Shown: positions 1 through 10,669, numbered from the stretch's first letter. The stretch is DNA of 64,000 bases from Thermoanaerobaculia bacterium (GCA_963719225.1 CAVRAY010000001.1:2112001-2176000); one strand, 5' to 3'. The notes: a model not told the origin generated them from the letters alone. A program made the numbers and translations.

Positions 1-368
1 AGGTCGATGAACTGTTCCGGCAGGACGATGTCGGTCGGCTCGTAGGCTTCCTTCATCGAGCCGCACGCCGACGCCGACAACAGCCATGAGCAGCCCAGCT
101 TCCGGAATCCCCAGACGTTCGCGCGGTAGTTGATCTCGGAGGGGAGAAACGAATGATGCCGTCCGTGCCGGGCGAGAAACGCGACGGGGACCGAAGTGAG
201 AGTCCCGAGAACGTAGGAGTCGGACGGGGCGCCGAAGGGCGTCGAAAGCCGCCGCTCCTCGAGGATCTTTAGACCAGGCAGGTTGTAGAGCCCCGAGCCG
301 CCGATGAGGCCGATTCGCCTCTCCCCCCTCTTCCCTTTCGAAGAAATCTTCTTCTTCTCTTTCTTCAT
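1..368 (-). CDS. mtnP: S-methyl-5'-thioadenosine phosphorylase (partial, runs off window start)
   Basis: Hand translation of the minus strand from ATG 368 gives ...IGLIGGSGLY...TPFGAPS...FLARHGRHH..PSEINYRANVW...SACGSM...EQFIDL, typical of MTAP/PNP-2. The start overlaps the upstream gene's stop (ATGA). Confidence 0.9.
   Translation of the reverse strand, partial: MKKEKKKISSKGKRGERRIGLIGGSGLYNLPGLKILEERRLSTPFGAPSDSYVLGTLTSVPVAFLARHGRHHSFLPSEINYRANVWGFRKLGCSWLLSASACGSMKEAYEPTDIVLPEQFID
321..368. repeat. Single copy of the TTC-N3-GAA purine/pyrimidine-tract motif
   Basis: CCCTTTCGAAGAAATCTTCTTCTTCTCT (core 337-345); encodes the N-terminal extension MKKEKKKISSKGKRGE of MtnP. Confidence 0.6.
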
Positions 369-1309
369 CTTCCCCGCCCCATCTCCTCGAGGATGTCGAG
401 CGCGAGCTCGAGCGCCGCGCGGCCGGCTGCGCCCGTCACTTCCGGCTCGCTGCGCTCGGCGCAGGCCTTCAGGAACGCGCCGTCCTCGGCGGTGAGCGGG
501 TCCGCGGGCTCGACCGTCACGGGCCACGGCACGATGCGCGGCGGGCCGCTGAGCCGGTCGAGGCGGAAGGCCGTCACGTCGCGGTTCTGGGTGTCGATCG
601 AGAAGTACCAGTCCGGCTGGAAGAAGCGGAATTTCCGCGTCTTGTCCTGCGAGACGCGCGAGGCAGTCAGGTTCGCCACGCAACCGCCCTCGAACGAAAG
701 GCGAACCGAGGCGATGTCGATCTTCTCGCTCAGGATCGGCACGCCGACAGCCCGGATCTCCGTGACCGGCTTTCCCACGAGGTCGAGCGCGATGTCGAGG
801 TCGTGGACGAGGAGGTCCAGGACGACGTCCACGTCGAGAGCGCGCGGCACGAAGACACCGAGCCGGTGGGCCTCGATGAACTTGACGTCCGTCACGAGGG
901 GGCGCACCGCGGCCACCGCCGGATTGAAGCGCTCGATGTGCCCGACCTGCAGAACGCGCCCCTTTTCCCGCGCGAGAGCGACGAGGCGGTCGGCTTCGGC
1001 CAGAGTCACCGTGATCGGCTTCTCGACCATGACGTCGGCTCCGCCGGTGAGAAGCTCTTCGGCCACGCCGGCATGCGTGGAGGTCGGCGACGAGACGACG
1101 ACCGCCGTGGCGCCCGCGCTCAGGAGCTCCTTCACGGAGCGCCTCCGGACGAGCCCCTTCGACCCGTGCGCAGCCTCGATGGCGGACGCCGTGGCGTCGT
1201 CCGGCTCGACGAAGCCGACCGGGTCGGACCCGGCGAGCTCCGTGAGGATCCGCGCGTGGTGCCGGCCGAGATAGCCGCATCCCACGACGCCTGTCCGGAT
1301 TCTCGCCAT
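365..1309 (-). CDS. Gfo/Idh/MocA family oxidoreductase (possibly GnnA-like UDP-GlcNAc 3-dehydrogenase)
   Basis: GVVGCGYLG Rossmann motif, VEKP, QVGHIERFNP, DLLVHDLD. Confidence 0.85.
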   Translation of the reverse strand: MARIRTGVVGCGYLGRHHARILTELAGSDPVGFVEPDDATASAIEAAHGSKGLVRRRSVKELLSAGATAVVVSSPTSTHAGVAEELLTGGADVMVEKPITVTLAEADRLVALAREKGRVLQVGHIERFNPAVAAVRPLVTDVKFIEAHRLGVFVPRALDVDVVLDLLVHDLDIALDLVGKPVTEIRAVGVPILSEKIDIASVRLSFEGGCVANLTASRVSQDKTRKFRFFQPDWYFSIDTQNRDVTAFRLDRLSGPPRIVPWPVTVEPADPLTAEDGAFLKACAERSEPEVTGAAGRAALELALDILEEMGRGR

Positions 1310-1422
1310 GCGCGGCGCAGTCTAAGGGATGGTCCACGGCCGCAACATGATCAGTTGGAATCAATTGAGAGCCGGCGCCTTGCCCCGGCACGTGCTGACC
1401 GCGTAACCTCCGCGGCTTCTCC

Positions 1423-4416
1423 ATGAGCAGCCGCGACTGGAAATCCACGCTCCTCCTCCCGAAGACGGAGTTTCCGATGAAGGCGGACCTTCCGAGGCGG
1501 GAGCCCGCCCGGCTTGCCCGGTGGCAGGCGGAGGATCTCTACGGGAGGCTCCGGTCGGCGCGCGCGGGCGCTCCGCGTTTTCTGCTCCACGACGGACCGC
1601 CGTACGCGAACGGCAAGATTCACATCGGCACGGCGATGAACAAGATCCTGAAGGACCTCGTCGTGCGGACGAGGACCCTCGCGGGCCTCGACGCGCCCTA
1701 CGTGCCCGGCTGGGACTGCCACGGCCTGCCCATCGAGCTGAGCGTGGACAAGGAGCTGGGACCCAGGAAGCGCGAGATGTCCGACGTCGAGGTCCGCCAG
1801 GCCTGCCGGAAGTTCGCCGAAAAGTGGATCGACATTCAGCGCGCCGACTTCAAGCGCCTCGGGATCCTCGGCAGGTGGGACTCGCCTTATCGCACGATGG
1901 ACTTCTCCTACCAGGCCGAGATCGCGAAGGCCTTCGGCGGATTCGTGGACCGCGGACTCGTCACGTTCGGTTTCAAGAGCGTGCTCTGGTGCGTGCGCGA
2001 CCGGACCGCGCTCGCCGAAGCGGAGATCGAGTACGAGGATCGAACGGATCCATCCATCTACGTCGCGATGCCGCTGGATGAAGATTCCTCGAAAGGCGCG
2101 TGGCCGGGCCTCGCAGAGGCGGCCGGTGCGCCGCGCCTGTACGCCCTGATCTGGACCACGACGCCGTGGACGCTGCCCGCGAACAGGGCGATTACTCTTG
2201 GCAAGGAAATCGAATACATGTTTCTTAGAAGGGAATCCGAGCCAGGCGCCGCGTACATCGTCGCGGAAGCGCTCGTTCCGCAGGTGACGGCCACTCTCGG
2301 CTGGACGGACGCCTCCCCTATTCCCCTTTCTAAGAAAAGCGGCGAGGCGATTCGGGACGCCGGCCTCAAGTACAGGCGGCCGTTCGCCGAACCGTCCGAA
2401 ACCAATTTCGGATTTCTCCTCGGCGAGCACGTGTCGACGACCGACGGCACGGGCCTGGTGCACACGGCGCCCGGGCACGGCCGCGACGACTACGAGGTCG
2501 TGAGGCGGCACGGCTTCAAGGTCGACGATCCCTCCCTCTGCCCGGTCGACGAGGGCGGCTTCTACGACGTGAACGCACCGGAGTTCCTGCGCGGAAAAAG
2601 GGTGGTCATCCCGAAGACTCCCGACCAGAGCGCGAACGACGCCGTCCTGGCGGCGCTCGCCACGAGCCCGGCAGAGGCCGCTTCCTTCGCGGGACGTCCC
2701 GACAAGGATCACTCCGGCTCTCTCCTCCTTTCGAAGAAATCTCTCTCCCACTCCTATCCGCACTGCTGGCGGTGCAAGCAGCCCGTCATCTTCCGCGCGA
2801 CTCACCAGTGGTTCATCGATCTGCACGCGATCCGCGAGCAGGCGCTCCGTGAGATTCACGACCGCGTCCGTTGGGTGCCGCCCTTCGGCGAGAACCGCAT
2901 CGGCGCGATGGTCGAGAATCGCCTCGAGTGGGCGATCTCGCGCCAGCGCCGCTGGGGCTCTCCGATCACGTTCCTCCGGTGCGCGGACTGCAGGGAGAAG
3001 GGCGTGATCTCGCACTATCCCTCGGTCGAGGGAACGGTCGGAGAGAGAAAAAAGAAAGAAAGAGAAGATTTCTTTGAAAGGGTAAGAGGGACCTTCCGCG
3101 AGCACGGAGCGGACGCCTGGTACGACGACGCGTTCCCCCCGTCTTACTTTCTAAGAAAATCTTCCTCTTCTTCTTCGTCTTCCTCTGCTTCCTGCGCGCG
3201 GTGCGGCGGCAGCTCGTTCGAGAAGGTCAAGGACATCCTCGACGTCTGGTTCGACTCGGGGGTTTCGCACGCGGCCGTGCTCCGTTCGGGCGACTACGGG
3301 CTTCCGGATCCGTACACCTCCAAGCCCCCGACGCCGGTCGTCTACCTCGAAGGCCACGACCAGCATCGGGGCTGGTTCCAGTCGTCCCTCCTGACGTCCG
3401 TCGCTCTCACGGGCAGCGCGCCGTACGACGCCGTGATCACGCACGGCTTCGTCGTGGCGGGGGACGGCCGGAAGATGTCGAAATCGCTCGGAAACACGGT
3501 GGACCCGCACGACGTCATCAAGAAGGACGGCGCCGACGTGCTGCGGCTCTGGGTGGCCTCGCTCGACTACACGAACGACGATCCCGTCTCCGAGGAAATC
3601 CTCAAGCGCACGGCCGAGGCGTATCGCAAGATCCGCAATACGGCACGCTTCCTCCTGTCGAACCTCTTCGACTTCGACCCCGCGAAGGATTCCGTGGCGA
3701 AAGACCGGATCGAGCCGCTGGACCGGTACATCCTGGACGTAGCGGCGCGCGTCGCGGCGGATTGCCGGCAAGCGAACGAGGCATACGCGTTTCACGTCGG
3801 CGTGCGTCGCCTCCTCGAGTTCGTGACGTCGGATCTCTCCGCCTTCTGGTGCGACGTCCGGAAGGACGTCCTCTACATCCTCGCCGCGAACGATCCGGTC
3901 CGGCGCTCCGCGCAGACCGCCGCCCACCGCCTCGCCGAGACGATCGCGCTCGCCCTCTCACCCATCTGTCCGTTCACGGCCGAGGAAATCTGGGAAGCCA
4001 TCCCGGGGAATGCATCAGATCCGGCCGCGCTCTTCCTGAAGAGCTGGAACGACCTCGAGCTTCCCGAGATTTCTTCGCGTGAAAGAGAGGCGTGGGGACG
4101 CGTCCTCGCGCTTCGAGCGGAGTTCCTGCAGGGCCTCGAGCCGCTCCGGAGAGAGGGAAGAGTCGGTTCCGCTTCCCAGGCGACGGCGGTCGTGGGGCGA
4201 GGCGGTGCCGTCGACGAGGCGCTCGCCGCTCTTTCCTTCTCAGAAGAAAAGCTCGCTGACGTTCTTGGAACACCGTCGGTCGTGCGGGAGGGAGTGGCGG
4301 ATGCGATCGCCGTGCGTCCCGCCGAGGGCTCCAAGTGCCCGCGCTGCTGGCAGGTGCGCACGGACGTCGAGCCCGACGGAACCTGCGCGCGCTGCCGCCG
4401 TGTGGTTGGCGAGTAG
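1423..4416 (+). CDS. ileS: Isoleucine--tRNA ligase (type 1)
   Basis: LHDGPPYANGKIHIGT, PGWDCHGLPIE, WTTTPWTLP, GTGLVHTAPGHG, ISRQR, LDVWFDSG, KMSKS, C-terminal CPRC..CARC; directly upstream of lspA. Confidence 0.97.
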   Translation: MSSRDWKSTLLLPKTEFPMKADLPRREPARLARWQAEDLYGRLRSARAGAPRFLLHDGPPYANGKIHIGTAMNKILKDLVVRTRTLAGLDAPYVPGWDCHGLPIELSVDKELGPRKREMSDVEVRQACRKFAEKWIDIQRADFKRLGILGRWDSPYRTMDFSYQAEIAKAFGGFVDRGLVTFGFKSVLWCVRDRTALAEAEIEYEDRTDPSIYVAMPLDEDSSKGAWPGLAEAAGAPRLYALIWTTTPWTLPANRAITLGKEIEYMFLRRESEPGAAYIVAEALVPQVTATLGWTDASPIPLSKKSGEAIRDAGLKYRRPFAEPSETNFGFLLGEHVSTTDGTGLVHTAPGHGRDDYEVVRRHGFKVDDPSLCPVDEGGFYDVNAPEFLRGKRVVIPKTPDQSANDAVLAALATSPAEAASFAGRPDKDHSGSLLLSKKSLSHSYPHCWRCKQPVIFRATHQWFIDLHAIREQALREIHDRVRWVPPFGENRIGAMVENRLEWAISRQRRWGSPITFLRCADCREKGVISHYPSVEGTVGERKKKEREDFFERVRGTFREHGADAWYDDAFPPSYFLRKSSSSSSSSSASCARCGGSSFEKVKDILDVWFDSGVSHAAVLRSGDYGLPDPYTSKPPTPVVYLEGHDQHRGWFQSSLLTSVALTGSAPYDAVITHGFVVAGDGRKMSKSLGNTVDPHDVIKKDGADVLRLWVASLDYTNDDPVSEEILKRTAEAYRKIRNTARFLLSNLFDFDPAKDSVAKDRIEPLDRYILDVAARVAADCRQANEAYAFHVGVRRLLEFVTSDLSAFWCDVRKDVLYILAANDPVRRSAQTAAHRLAETIALALSPICPFTAEEIWEAIPGNASDPAALFLKSWNDLELPEISSREREAWGRVLALRAEFLQGLEPLRREGRVGSASQATAVVGRGGAVDEALAALSFSEEKLADVLGTPSVVREGVADAIAVRPAEGSKCPRCWQVRTDVEPDGTCARCRRVVGE
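2221..2340. repeat. Inverted pair of the TTC-N3-GAA motif inside ileS
   Basis: TTTCTTAGAAGGG (core 2222-2230) and CCCCTTTCTAAGAAAA (core 2328-2336). Confidence 0.6.
3041..3192. repeat. Inverted pair of the motif with flanking purine and pyrimidine tracts inside ileS
   Basis: GAAGATTTCTTTGAAAGGGTAAGAGGG (core 3070-3078) versus CCGTCTTACTTTCTAAGAAAATCTTC (core 3149-3157); encodes KKKEREDFFERVRG and FLRKSSSSSSSSS. Confidence 0.7.
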
Positions 4417-4425
4417 AATCCAGAC

Positions 4426-4926
4426 GTGTCGCGCCGGCTCGTCTATTTCGGAATCTCGCTTGCCGTCGTGGCCCTGGACCAGATCACCAAGGCGATCGTG
4501 GCCGCGCGGATTCCGCTCCACGACACGATTCCCGTGATCCGGGGCTTCTTCGACCTCACGCACGTGAGGAATCGGGGCACCGCGTTCGGCCTCTTCGCGC
4601 TGACCGACTCGCCGGCACGCACGTTGATCCTCACGCTCGTGGCGGCGGGGGTCTTTCTCGGCGTCCTCGCGTGGTCGCTCACCTCGCCCGTCACGCACAC
4701 GCGTCTTCAGACCGCGCTCGCGCTCGTCCTGGGCGGCGCGGTGGGGAACCTGATCGACCGCGTTCGCTTTCAGTCGGTGACGGATTTCCTGCGTTTCTAC
4801 GTGGACCGGTGGGAGTGGCCGTCCTTCAACGTCGCCGACAGCGCGATCAGCGTGGGGGTCGCGCTCCTCGCGTGGGACATCTGGCGGCATCCGCAGAAAG
4901 AGCCCGAGACGTGCACCCAGAGCTGA
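4426..4926 (+). CDS. lspA: Lipoprotein signal peptidase II
   Basis: DQITK, NRGTAFG, GNLIDR, VTDF, FNVADSAI; hydrophobic segments. Confidence 0.95.
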   Translation: MSRRLVYFGISLAVVALDQITKAIVAARIPLHDTIPVIRGFFDLTHVRNRGTAFGLFALTDSPARTLILTLVAAGVFLGVLAWSLTSPVTHTRLQTALALVLGGAVGNLIDRVRFQSVTDFLRFYVDRWEWPSFNVADSAISVGVALLAWDIWRHPQKEPETCTQS

Positions 4927-5693
4927 TCCACATCGGGAGCTTCGCTCTCCCGAGCTACGGCGTGATGATGGCGCTCGGGTTCATCGCGGCGTTGTGGCTC
5001 GTCAGAAGGCGCGCCCCCGCGTTCGGTGTCGCCCCGGATGCGGCCTCGGACATCGGCATCTGGCTCCTCCTCTCGGGCCTCGTGGGCGCGAAGCTCCTCC
5101 TCGTGATCGTGGAATGGCCGCAATACGTCTCGTCCTGGGGCGGCCTGAAAGACCTCGCACGCGCGGGCGGCGTTTTCTACGGAGGCCTGATCGGCGCGCT
5201 CGTGGCCACCGTCGTGCTCCTTCGCAGGCGCGAGATCCCGTTCTTCACCTTCGCCGATATCGCCGCGCCGGCCGTCGCGCTCGGACAGGCCCTCGGCCGC
5301 GTCGGCTGCCTCCTCGCCGGCTGTTGCTGGGGCCGCGAATGCGCGCTTCCCTGGGCGATCACCTTCACCGACCCGAAGGCGCACGAGAACGTCGGAGTCC
5401 CGCTCGACGTTCCCCTTCATCCGACCCAGGTCTACGAGGCCGTGGGCACGCTCGTCCTGTGCATCCTGCTCCTCGTCCTCGAGCGCCGCCGTTACTCGGG
5501 CGAGACGTTCGTACGCTATCTGTTCGGCTACGCGCTGCTCAGGTTCGTCATCGAGCTCTTCCGCGGCGACCCCCGCGGGTCGGTGTTCGGCGCGATGTCG
5601 ACGTCGCAGTTCATCGCTCTCTGCGGCGTGGCCGTGGCGGTCGTGCTCTGGGCCCTGCGCCGCAAAACGGCTCCGGCGCCCGCCGCCGCGTGA
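4911..5693 (+). CDS. lgt: Prolipoprotein diacylglyceryl transferase
   Basis: GTG start at 4911 (VHPELI); YGVM, GGVFYGG, GRVGC, HPTQVYE, RFVIELFRGD. Confidence 0.93.
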   Translation: MHPELIHIGSFALPSYGVMMALGFIAALWLVRRRAPAFGVAPDAASDIGIWLLLSGLVGAKLLLVIVEWPQYVSSWGGLKDLARAGGVFYGGLIGALVATVVLLRRREIPFFTFADIAAPAVALGQALGRVGCLLAGCCWGRECALPWAITFTDPKAHENVGVPLDVPLHPTQVYEAVGTLVLCILLLVLERRRYSGETFVRYLFGYALLRFVIELFRGDPRGSVFGAMSTSQFIALCGVAVAVVLWALRRKTAPAPAAA

Positions 5694-6676
5694 CCGGCGC
5701 GCCGCGCAGGATCCGCGCCGACCGGGGTGACGGGGGCGAGCGCCTCGACCGCGTACTGCTCCGGCACCTGAACGACCTGCCCGAGGCGTCGCGCACGAAG
5801 ATCCAGGAGTGGATCGAAAGCGGCTGTGTTTCGCTCGGAGGAAGAAAACCGAAGAAGATCTCCGAGAAGGTCAGGACGGGAGACGAGATCCAGATCCACC
5901 TTCCCGCTCCGCCCCCTCCTCGCCCCGACCTCGTGGCCCAGGACATCCCGCTCTCGATTCTATTCGAAGATTCCGAGATCCTCGTCCTCGACAAGCCTCC
6001 CGGCCTCGTCGTGCATCCCGCCGTCGGACACCGCGACGGCACGCTCGTGAACGCGCTTCTCCACCGCTCGAAGGATTGGGCCGGCCCCGCAGATCGACCC
6101 GGGCTCGTCCATCGGCTCGACAAGGACACGTCTGGGGTCCTCGTCGTCGCGAAAACCGAAACGGCAATGGCAGTTCTGGGGAGAGCAATAAAAGAGAGAT
6201 TCCTAGAAAAGGAATATCTGGCCGTCGTCTACGGGCACCCTGCCGTCCGCAAGGGAAAAATCGAGATGGGCATCCTGCGGGACCCGAGGGACCGCAAGCG
6301 CATGGCCGCCTCGAAAACCGAAGGACGTCCATCGACCACCTTCTATGAAATTCTTTCCGAATCCTCGGGCTCCCTCTCCGGTCTCTCTCTCCTGAAATGC
6401 ACCCTCGTCACCGGACGCACGCACCAGATCCGCGTCCACCTCAAGGCTCTTCACCTACCCATCGTGGGAGACCCGACATACGGCTCACCGCGGTGGAAGG
6501 GGATGAAGGTCGAGGCGCTCCGCGAGCTCTGCCGGACTTTTCCCCGCCAGGCGCTCCACTCCTGGCGCCTCACGCTTAAGCATCCGACGACGCGCGAAAA
6601 GATGAGTTTCGTCGCACCGGTGCCCGGCGACATCAAGAGTCTTCTCGAAGCAGCCGGGCTCCCGCCGCCGGTGTAA
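5690..6676 (+). CDS. rluD: RluA-family 23S rRNA pseudouridine synthase with S4 domain
   Basis: GTG at 5690 overlaps the lgt stop; RLDR..SRT S4 domain, KPPGLVVHP, VHRLDKDTSG, GRTHQIRVH, GDPTYG. Confidence 0.88.
   Translation: MTGAPRRIRADRGDGGERLDRVLLRHLNDLPEASRTKIQEWIESGCVSLGGRKPKKISEKVRTGDEIQIHLPAPPPPRPDLVAQDIPLSILFEDSEILVLDKPPGLVVHPAVGHRDGTLVNALLHRSKDWAGPADRPGLVHRLDKDTSGVLVVAKTETAMAVLGRAIKERFLEKEYLAVVYGHPAVRKGKIEMGILRDPRDRKRMAASKTEGRPSTTFYEILSESSGSLSGLSLLKCTLVTGRTHQIRVHLKALHLPIVGDPTYGSPRWKGMKVEALRELCRTFPRQALHSWRLTLKHPTTREKMSFVAPVPGDIKSLLEAAGLPPPV
6191..6358. repeat. Degenerate inverted pair of the motif inside rluD
   Basis: GAGAGATTCCTAGAAAAGG (core 6200-6208) and CCTTCTATGAAATTCTTTCC (core 6341-6349). 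Confidence 0.5.
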
Positions 6677-6687
6677 TCTAAACAGCG

Positions 6688-7908
6688 ATGTCCACGACGA
6701 CGATTCCAAGAGTTTCCACGCGCGGTCACGAGATGCCGCCCTCCCCCATCCGCAAGCTCATGCCGCTCGCGGACGAGGCCAAGGCGCGCGGCGTGAAGGT
6801 CTATCACCTCAACATCGGCCAGCCCGATCTCGAGACGCCCGAGCCGATGCGGCGCCGGCTCGCCGCGATCAAGGACAAGGTCTACGCCTACTCGCCTTCG
6901 AACGGAACGCCCGAGTACCTCGACTTTCTCCACGCCTATTACGGAAAGCTCGGGATCGAGCTCAAGCCGAACGAGGTTCTCGCGACGACGGGCGGGAGCG
7001 AGGCGCTGCTCTTCGCCTTCATGGCGTGCTCGGATCCGGGCGGCGAGATCCTAACGGTCGAGCCCCTCTACACGAACTACCGCTCCTTCGCCGCCATGGC
7101 GGGCCTCACCCTTCACCCCATCGTCACGCGCGGCGAGGACGGCTTTCACCTCCCGGCACGCGGCGATTGGGAGCAGGCCCTGACGCGGAAGACGCGTCTC
7201 GTCCTTCTCTGCAACCCGAACAACCCCACGGGGACGGTCTACTCGAGAGAGGAAGTCGTGCGCGCGGCGGAATTCTGCCGCGACCATGGCCTCTTCTTCG
7301 TGTCGGACGAGGTCTACCGGGAGTTTCTCTACGACGGCCGCGAATCCGTCAGCGCCCTATCGCTGCCCGGATTCGAGGACCAGGTCGTGGTGGTGGACTC
7401 TCTCTCCAAGAGGTTTTCGGCCTGCGGCATCAGGCTCGGGGCTCTCGTCACGCGCAACGCAGACGTGGCCGCCGCGTGCAACCGCATGGCACAGGGGCGC
7501 CTCTCGCCGCCGGGGCTCGCGCAGTACATCGCACCGGGTGCCCTGGAGCTCGGACCCGAGTACTACCGCGGTATCGTGACGGAATACCAGAGCAGGCGCG
7601 ACACGCTCTACGAAGGGTTGTCGAAGATCCCGGGCGTCTTCCTCCGCAAGCCCGAAGGGGCCTTTTACTTCATCGCCCGCCTGCCCGTTCAGGACAGCGA
7701 CGACTTCGCCGCCTGGCTGCTGACGAGCTTCTCGCTGGACGGGAGGACCGTCATGGTCGCCCCGGCGAGCGGCTTTTACGTGACCCCGGGGCTCGGACTC
7801 GACGAGATCCGCATCGCCTACGTCCTGAAGGAAGACGACCTGAGAGAAAGCGTACGGATTCTAGCTGCGGCGCTGCCGGTTTATCGGAAGGCGAAAGGCC
7901 TCGACTAG
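6688..7908 (+). CDS. PLP-dependent class I/II aminotransferase (aspartate aminotransferase-like)
   Basis: LNIGQPD, GGSEAL, NPNNPTG, SDEVY, SLSKRFSACGIRLG. Confidence 0.92.
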   Translation: MSTTTIPRVSTRGHEMPPSPIRKLMPLADEAKARGVKVYHLNIGQPDLETPEPMRRRLAAIKDKVYAYSPSNGTPEYLDFLHAYYGKLGIELKPNEVLATTGGSEALLFAFMACSDPGGEILTVEPLYTNYRSFAAMAGLTLHPIVTRGEDGFHLPARGDWEQALTRKTRLVLLCNPNNPTGTVYSREEVVRAAEFCRDHGLFFVSDEVYREFLYDGRESVSALSLPGFEDQVVVVDSLSKRFSACGIRLGALVTRNADVAAACNRMAQGRLSPPGLAQYIAPGALELGPEYYRGIVTEYQSRRDTLYEGLSKIPGVFLRKPEGAFYFIARLPVQDSDDFAAWLLTSFSLDGRTVMVAPASGFYVTPGLGLDEIRIAYVLKEDDLRESVRILAAALPVYRKAKGLD

Positions 7909-9125
7909 CCTCGGAAGAAGATCAGCGTGAGGAGCAGGAACAGCGGCAGCAGGACGGCCCCTGCCCGCACGGCATAGCCGAAGAACGACGGCATCGCCAC
8001 ACCGCGCGAGGCGGCAATCGAGCGAACGAGGAAGTTCGGTCCGTTCCCGATGTACGTCAGCGCCCCGAAGAAGACGGCGCCCGCGGAGATCGCTTCCAGG
8101 ATCTTCGCCGGAGCGCCAGCCACCTCGGGCCGGCCGAGGCCGCGCGCGACCGCGAGGAATGCGGCGTACGTCGGCGCGTTGTCGAGGCATGCGGAGAGCG
8201 ATCCCGTCGCCCAGAAGAATTGCCAGGGACGCGTGAGGCCGAGCGCCGGCGCCCTCTCGCGCAGCACGACGAGCGATGGCTCCATCGCGACGAAGATGCC
8301 CGCGAAGAGGATCGCGACCTCGAGGATGGGGTGCCACGAGAAACCGACCTCCTCCCTCTGGCCCTTCGGCGTCAAAGGAAAGCTCGCGACCGCGCACGCG
8401 AGGTACACCGCCTCCCGGAAAGGCGAGCCGAGCAAAGCCGTGGCGAGGACGATCCCCGCGAGGAGCAGGAAGTTCCACCACCCCGTGACGAGGATCGGCC
8501 GCCGCGTCGTCTCGTCCGCGAGGAGGGCGGCGGACGACTCCCGCGCGTGCTCGCGCCTCTCGATCAGGTAGTAAACGCCGAGGAGGAGGCCGATCGCCAC
8601 GGCCCACTCCTGGACGAGCCTGAGCGTCCAGAAGAAGGGCACGCCCGCGAGATACCCGAGGAAGAGCGGCGGATCGCCGAGCGGCGTGAGGCACCCGCCC
8701 ACGTTCGAGACCACGAGGATGAAGAACAGCACCGTGTGCGACACGTTCTTCCGCTCGGAATTGACCTCCAGGACGATCTGGATGAGGAGCATCGAAGCGC
8801 CGGTCGTGCCAATGATCGAAGCCAGGATCCCGCCCAGGAGAAGGAGCCCCGTGTTCGTGGCGGGATGCGCCGGGACGTCCCCCGTGACGCGGATCCCCGA
8901 GGCGACGACGTACAGGGAGCCGAGAAGCAGGACGAACGCCACGTACTCGTGCGCGACGTGCCCCAGACTCTCCGGCCGGCCCACGACGACCGGCAAAGCC
9001 GCGAGCAAGGCCACGATCGCCTGAAAACCGGGCCGGCTCCAGCGGTCGGGGATGGCGAGGGGCAGGATCGCGATCGAGAGGAGGAGAGCGGCGAAGGGCA
9101 GGAGCCAGAGGACGGAAGTGCCCAC
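7905..9125 (-). CDS. IT-superfamily (NhaD/ArsB/CitMHS-like) antiporter
   Basis: Multi-pass membrane protein; IGTTGASMLL, NVGGCLTPLGDPPL, LDNAPTY, TYIGNGPNF. Start estimated at GTG 9125. Confidence 0.8.
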   Translation of the reverse strand: MGTSVLWLLPFAALLLSIAILPLAIPDRWSRPGFQAIVALLAALPVVVGRPESLGHVAHEYVAFVLLLGSLYVVASGIRVTGDVPAHPATNTGLLLLGGILASIIGTTGASMLLIQIVLEVNSERKNVSHTVLFFILVVSNVGGCLTPLGDPPLFLGYLAGVPFFWTLRLVQEWAVAIGLLLGVYYLIERREHARESSAALLADETTRRPILVTGWWNFLLLAGIVLATALLGSPFREAVYLACAVASFPLTPKGQREEVGFSWHPILEVAILFAGIFVAMEPSLVVLRERAPALGLTRPWQFFWATGSLSACLDNAPTYAAFLAVARGLGRPEVAGAPAKILEAISAGAVFFGALTYIGNGPNFLVRSIAASRGVAMPSFFGYAVRAGAVLLPLFLLLTLIFFRG

Positions 9126-9139
9126 CCGCTCCCGCCCCT

Positions 9140-10669
9140 TCAGGTCTTCTTCTTCGAAGGTCTGGCGGCTCCGGCCGGGACGTCGATTTGCGCCTTCTGG
9201 ATCGTGCCCGAGTAGTCGACGTAGATCGACTTCCACTCGCTGAACACGTCCAGGGCGGCGAGGCCGGCCTCGCGGTGCCCGTTGCCGGTCTTCTTCGTTC
9301 CGCCGAACGGCAGGTGGGTCTCGGCGCCGATCGTCGGAAGGTTCACGTAGAAGATCCCGGCTTCGAGGTCGCGCATCGCGACGAACGCCTTGTTCACGTC
9401 CTGCGTGAAGATCGCCGACGAGAGACCGTAGTCGCTATCGTTCGCGACGTCGATTCCCTCTTCTAGGGACGCGATCGGCACGATGGAGGTCACGGGTCCG
9501 AAGATCTCCTCCCGCGCGACGCGCATCCGGCGGTTGCAGTCCGCGAATACGGTCGGCGCCACGAACCAGCCCTTCGCGTGCGCCTTGCCGGCGAGACGGC
9601 GGCCCCCCGCGACGCAACGGGCCCCTTCAGCCTTCCCGATGGAGATGTAGTCCAGGACCGTGTCGAGCTGGCTCTCGTTGATGGACGGGCCCATCTCGAT
9701 CCTCTCGTCGAGGCCGCTGCCGACCTTCAGGGCGTTCGCGCGCTCGGCGAGCATCGCCGTGAACTTTCGGACGACCTTCTTGTGGACGAGGAGACGCGAG
9801 GACGCCGTGCAGCGCTGGCCGCTCGTGCCGAACGCACCCCAGATCGCGCCGTCGACGGCGAGCTCGAGGTTCGCGTCGTCCATCACGAGGATGGGGTTCT
9901 TTCCGCCCATCTCGAGGTGGACGTGCTTGAACGTCGGGGCGCACGCCTCGTTGATCGTCTGCCCGACGGCCGTCGAGCCCGTGAAGGAGACGACTTTCAC
10001 GCGCGGGTCCTTGATCAGTGGCATGCCCACCTTCGAGCCGCTGCCCGTGACCACGTTGAAGACCCCGGCCGGGAGGCCGGCGTCGTCGAGGGCCTTCGCG
10101 AAGTTGACGACGGAGAGCGGCGTGTCCGTGGCCGGCTTGATGACGACCGTGTTGCCGCAGACGAGGGCCGCGGTCGTCTTCCAGGCCGGGATCGCCATCG
10201 GGAAGTTCCAGGGAGTGATAAAGGCGCAGACGCCGATCGGCGAACGCACCGACATCGCGAACTTGTTCGGCAGCTCGGAGGGCGTCGTCTGCCCGTGGAG
10301 GCGACGGCCCTCGCCGCCCATGAGGAAGGCCATGTCGATGGCCTCCTGGACGTCGCCGCGCGCCTCCTTGAGGACTTTTCCCATCTCGCGCGTCATGTCG
10401 CGCGCGTACTCCTCCTTGCGGTCCCGCAGGATCTCGCCGAGGCGGTACAGGATTTCGCCGCGCTGCGGACCCGGCACGAGACGCCACGTCCTGTAGGCCT
10501 CCGCGGCGACGTCGACCGCCTCTTTCGCGTCGCGTTCGCCGGAATCGGCGAAGCGGCCGATGAGATCCGTCACGTCGGAGGGGTTGCGGTTGTCGAATGT
10601 TCGGCCCGATCGGGCGGGGACCCATTTTCCTGCGATCCAGTTTCCGTGGACAGGGGGGGACGAAGCCAT
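9140..10669 (-). CDS. Aldehyde dehydrogenase family protein
   Basis: ITPWNFP, FTGST, LEMGGKN, GQRCT, EEIFGP, PFGG. Confidence 0.93.
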   Translation of the reverse strand: MASSPPVHGNWIAGKWVPARSGRTFDNRNPSDVTDLIGRFADSGERDAKEAVDVAAEAYRTWRLVPGPQRGEILYRLGEILRDRKEEYARDMTREMGKVLKEARGDVQEAIDMAFLMGGEGRRLHGQTTPSELPNKFAMSVRSPIGVCAFITPWNFPMAIPAWKTTAALVCGNTVVIKPATDTPLSVVNFAKALDDAGLPAGVFNVVTGSGSKVGMPLIKDPRVKVVSFTGSTAVGQTINEACAPTFKHVHLEMGGKNPILVMDDANLELAVDGAIWGAFGTSGQRCTASSRLLVHKKVVRKFTAMLAERANALKVGSGLDERIEMGPSINESQLDTVLDYISIGKAEGARCVAGGRRLAGKAHAKGWFVAPTVFADCNRRMRVAREEIFGPVTSIVPIASLEEGIDVANDSDYGLSSAIFTQDVNKAFVAMRDLEAGIFYVNLPTIGAETHLPFGGTKKTGNGHREAGLAALDVFSEWKSIYVDYSGTIQKAQIDVPAGAARPSKKKT

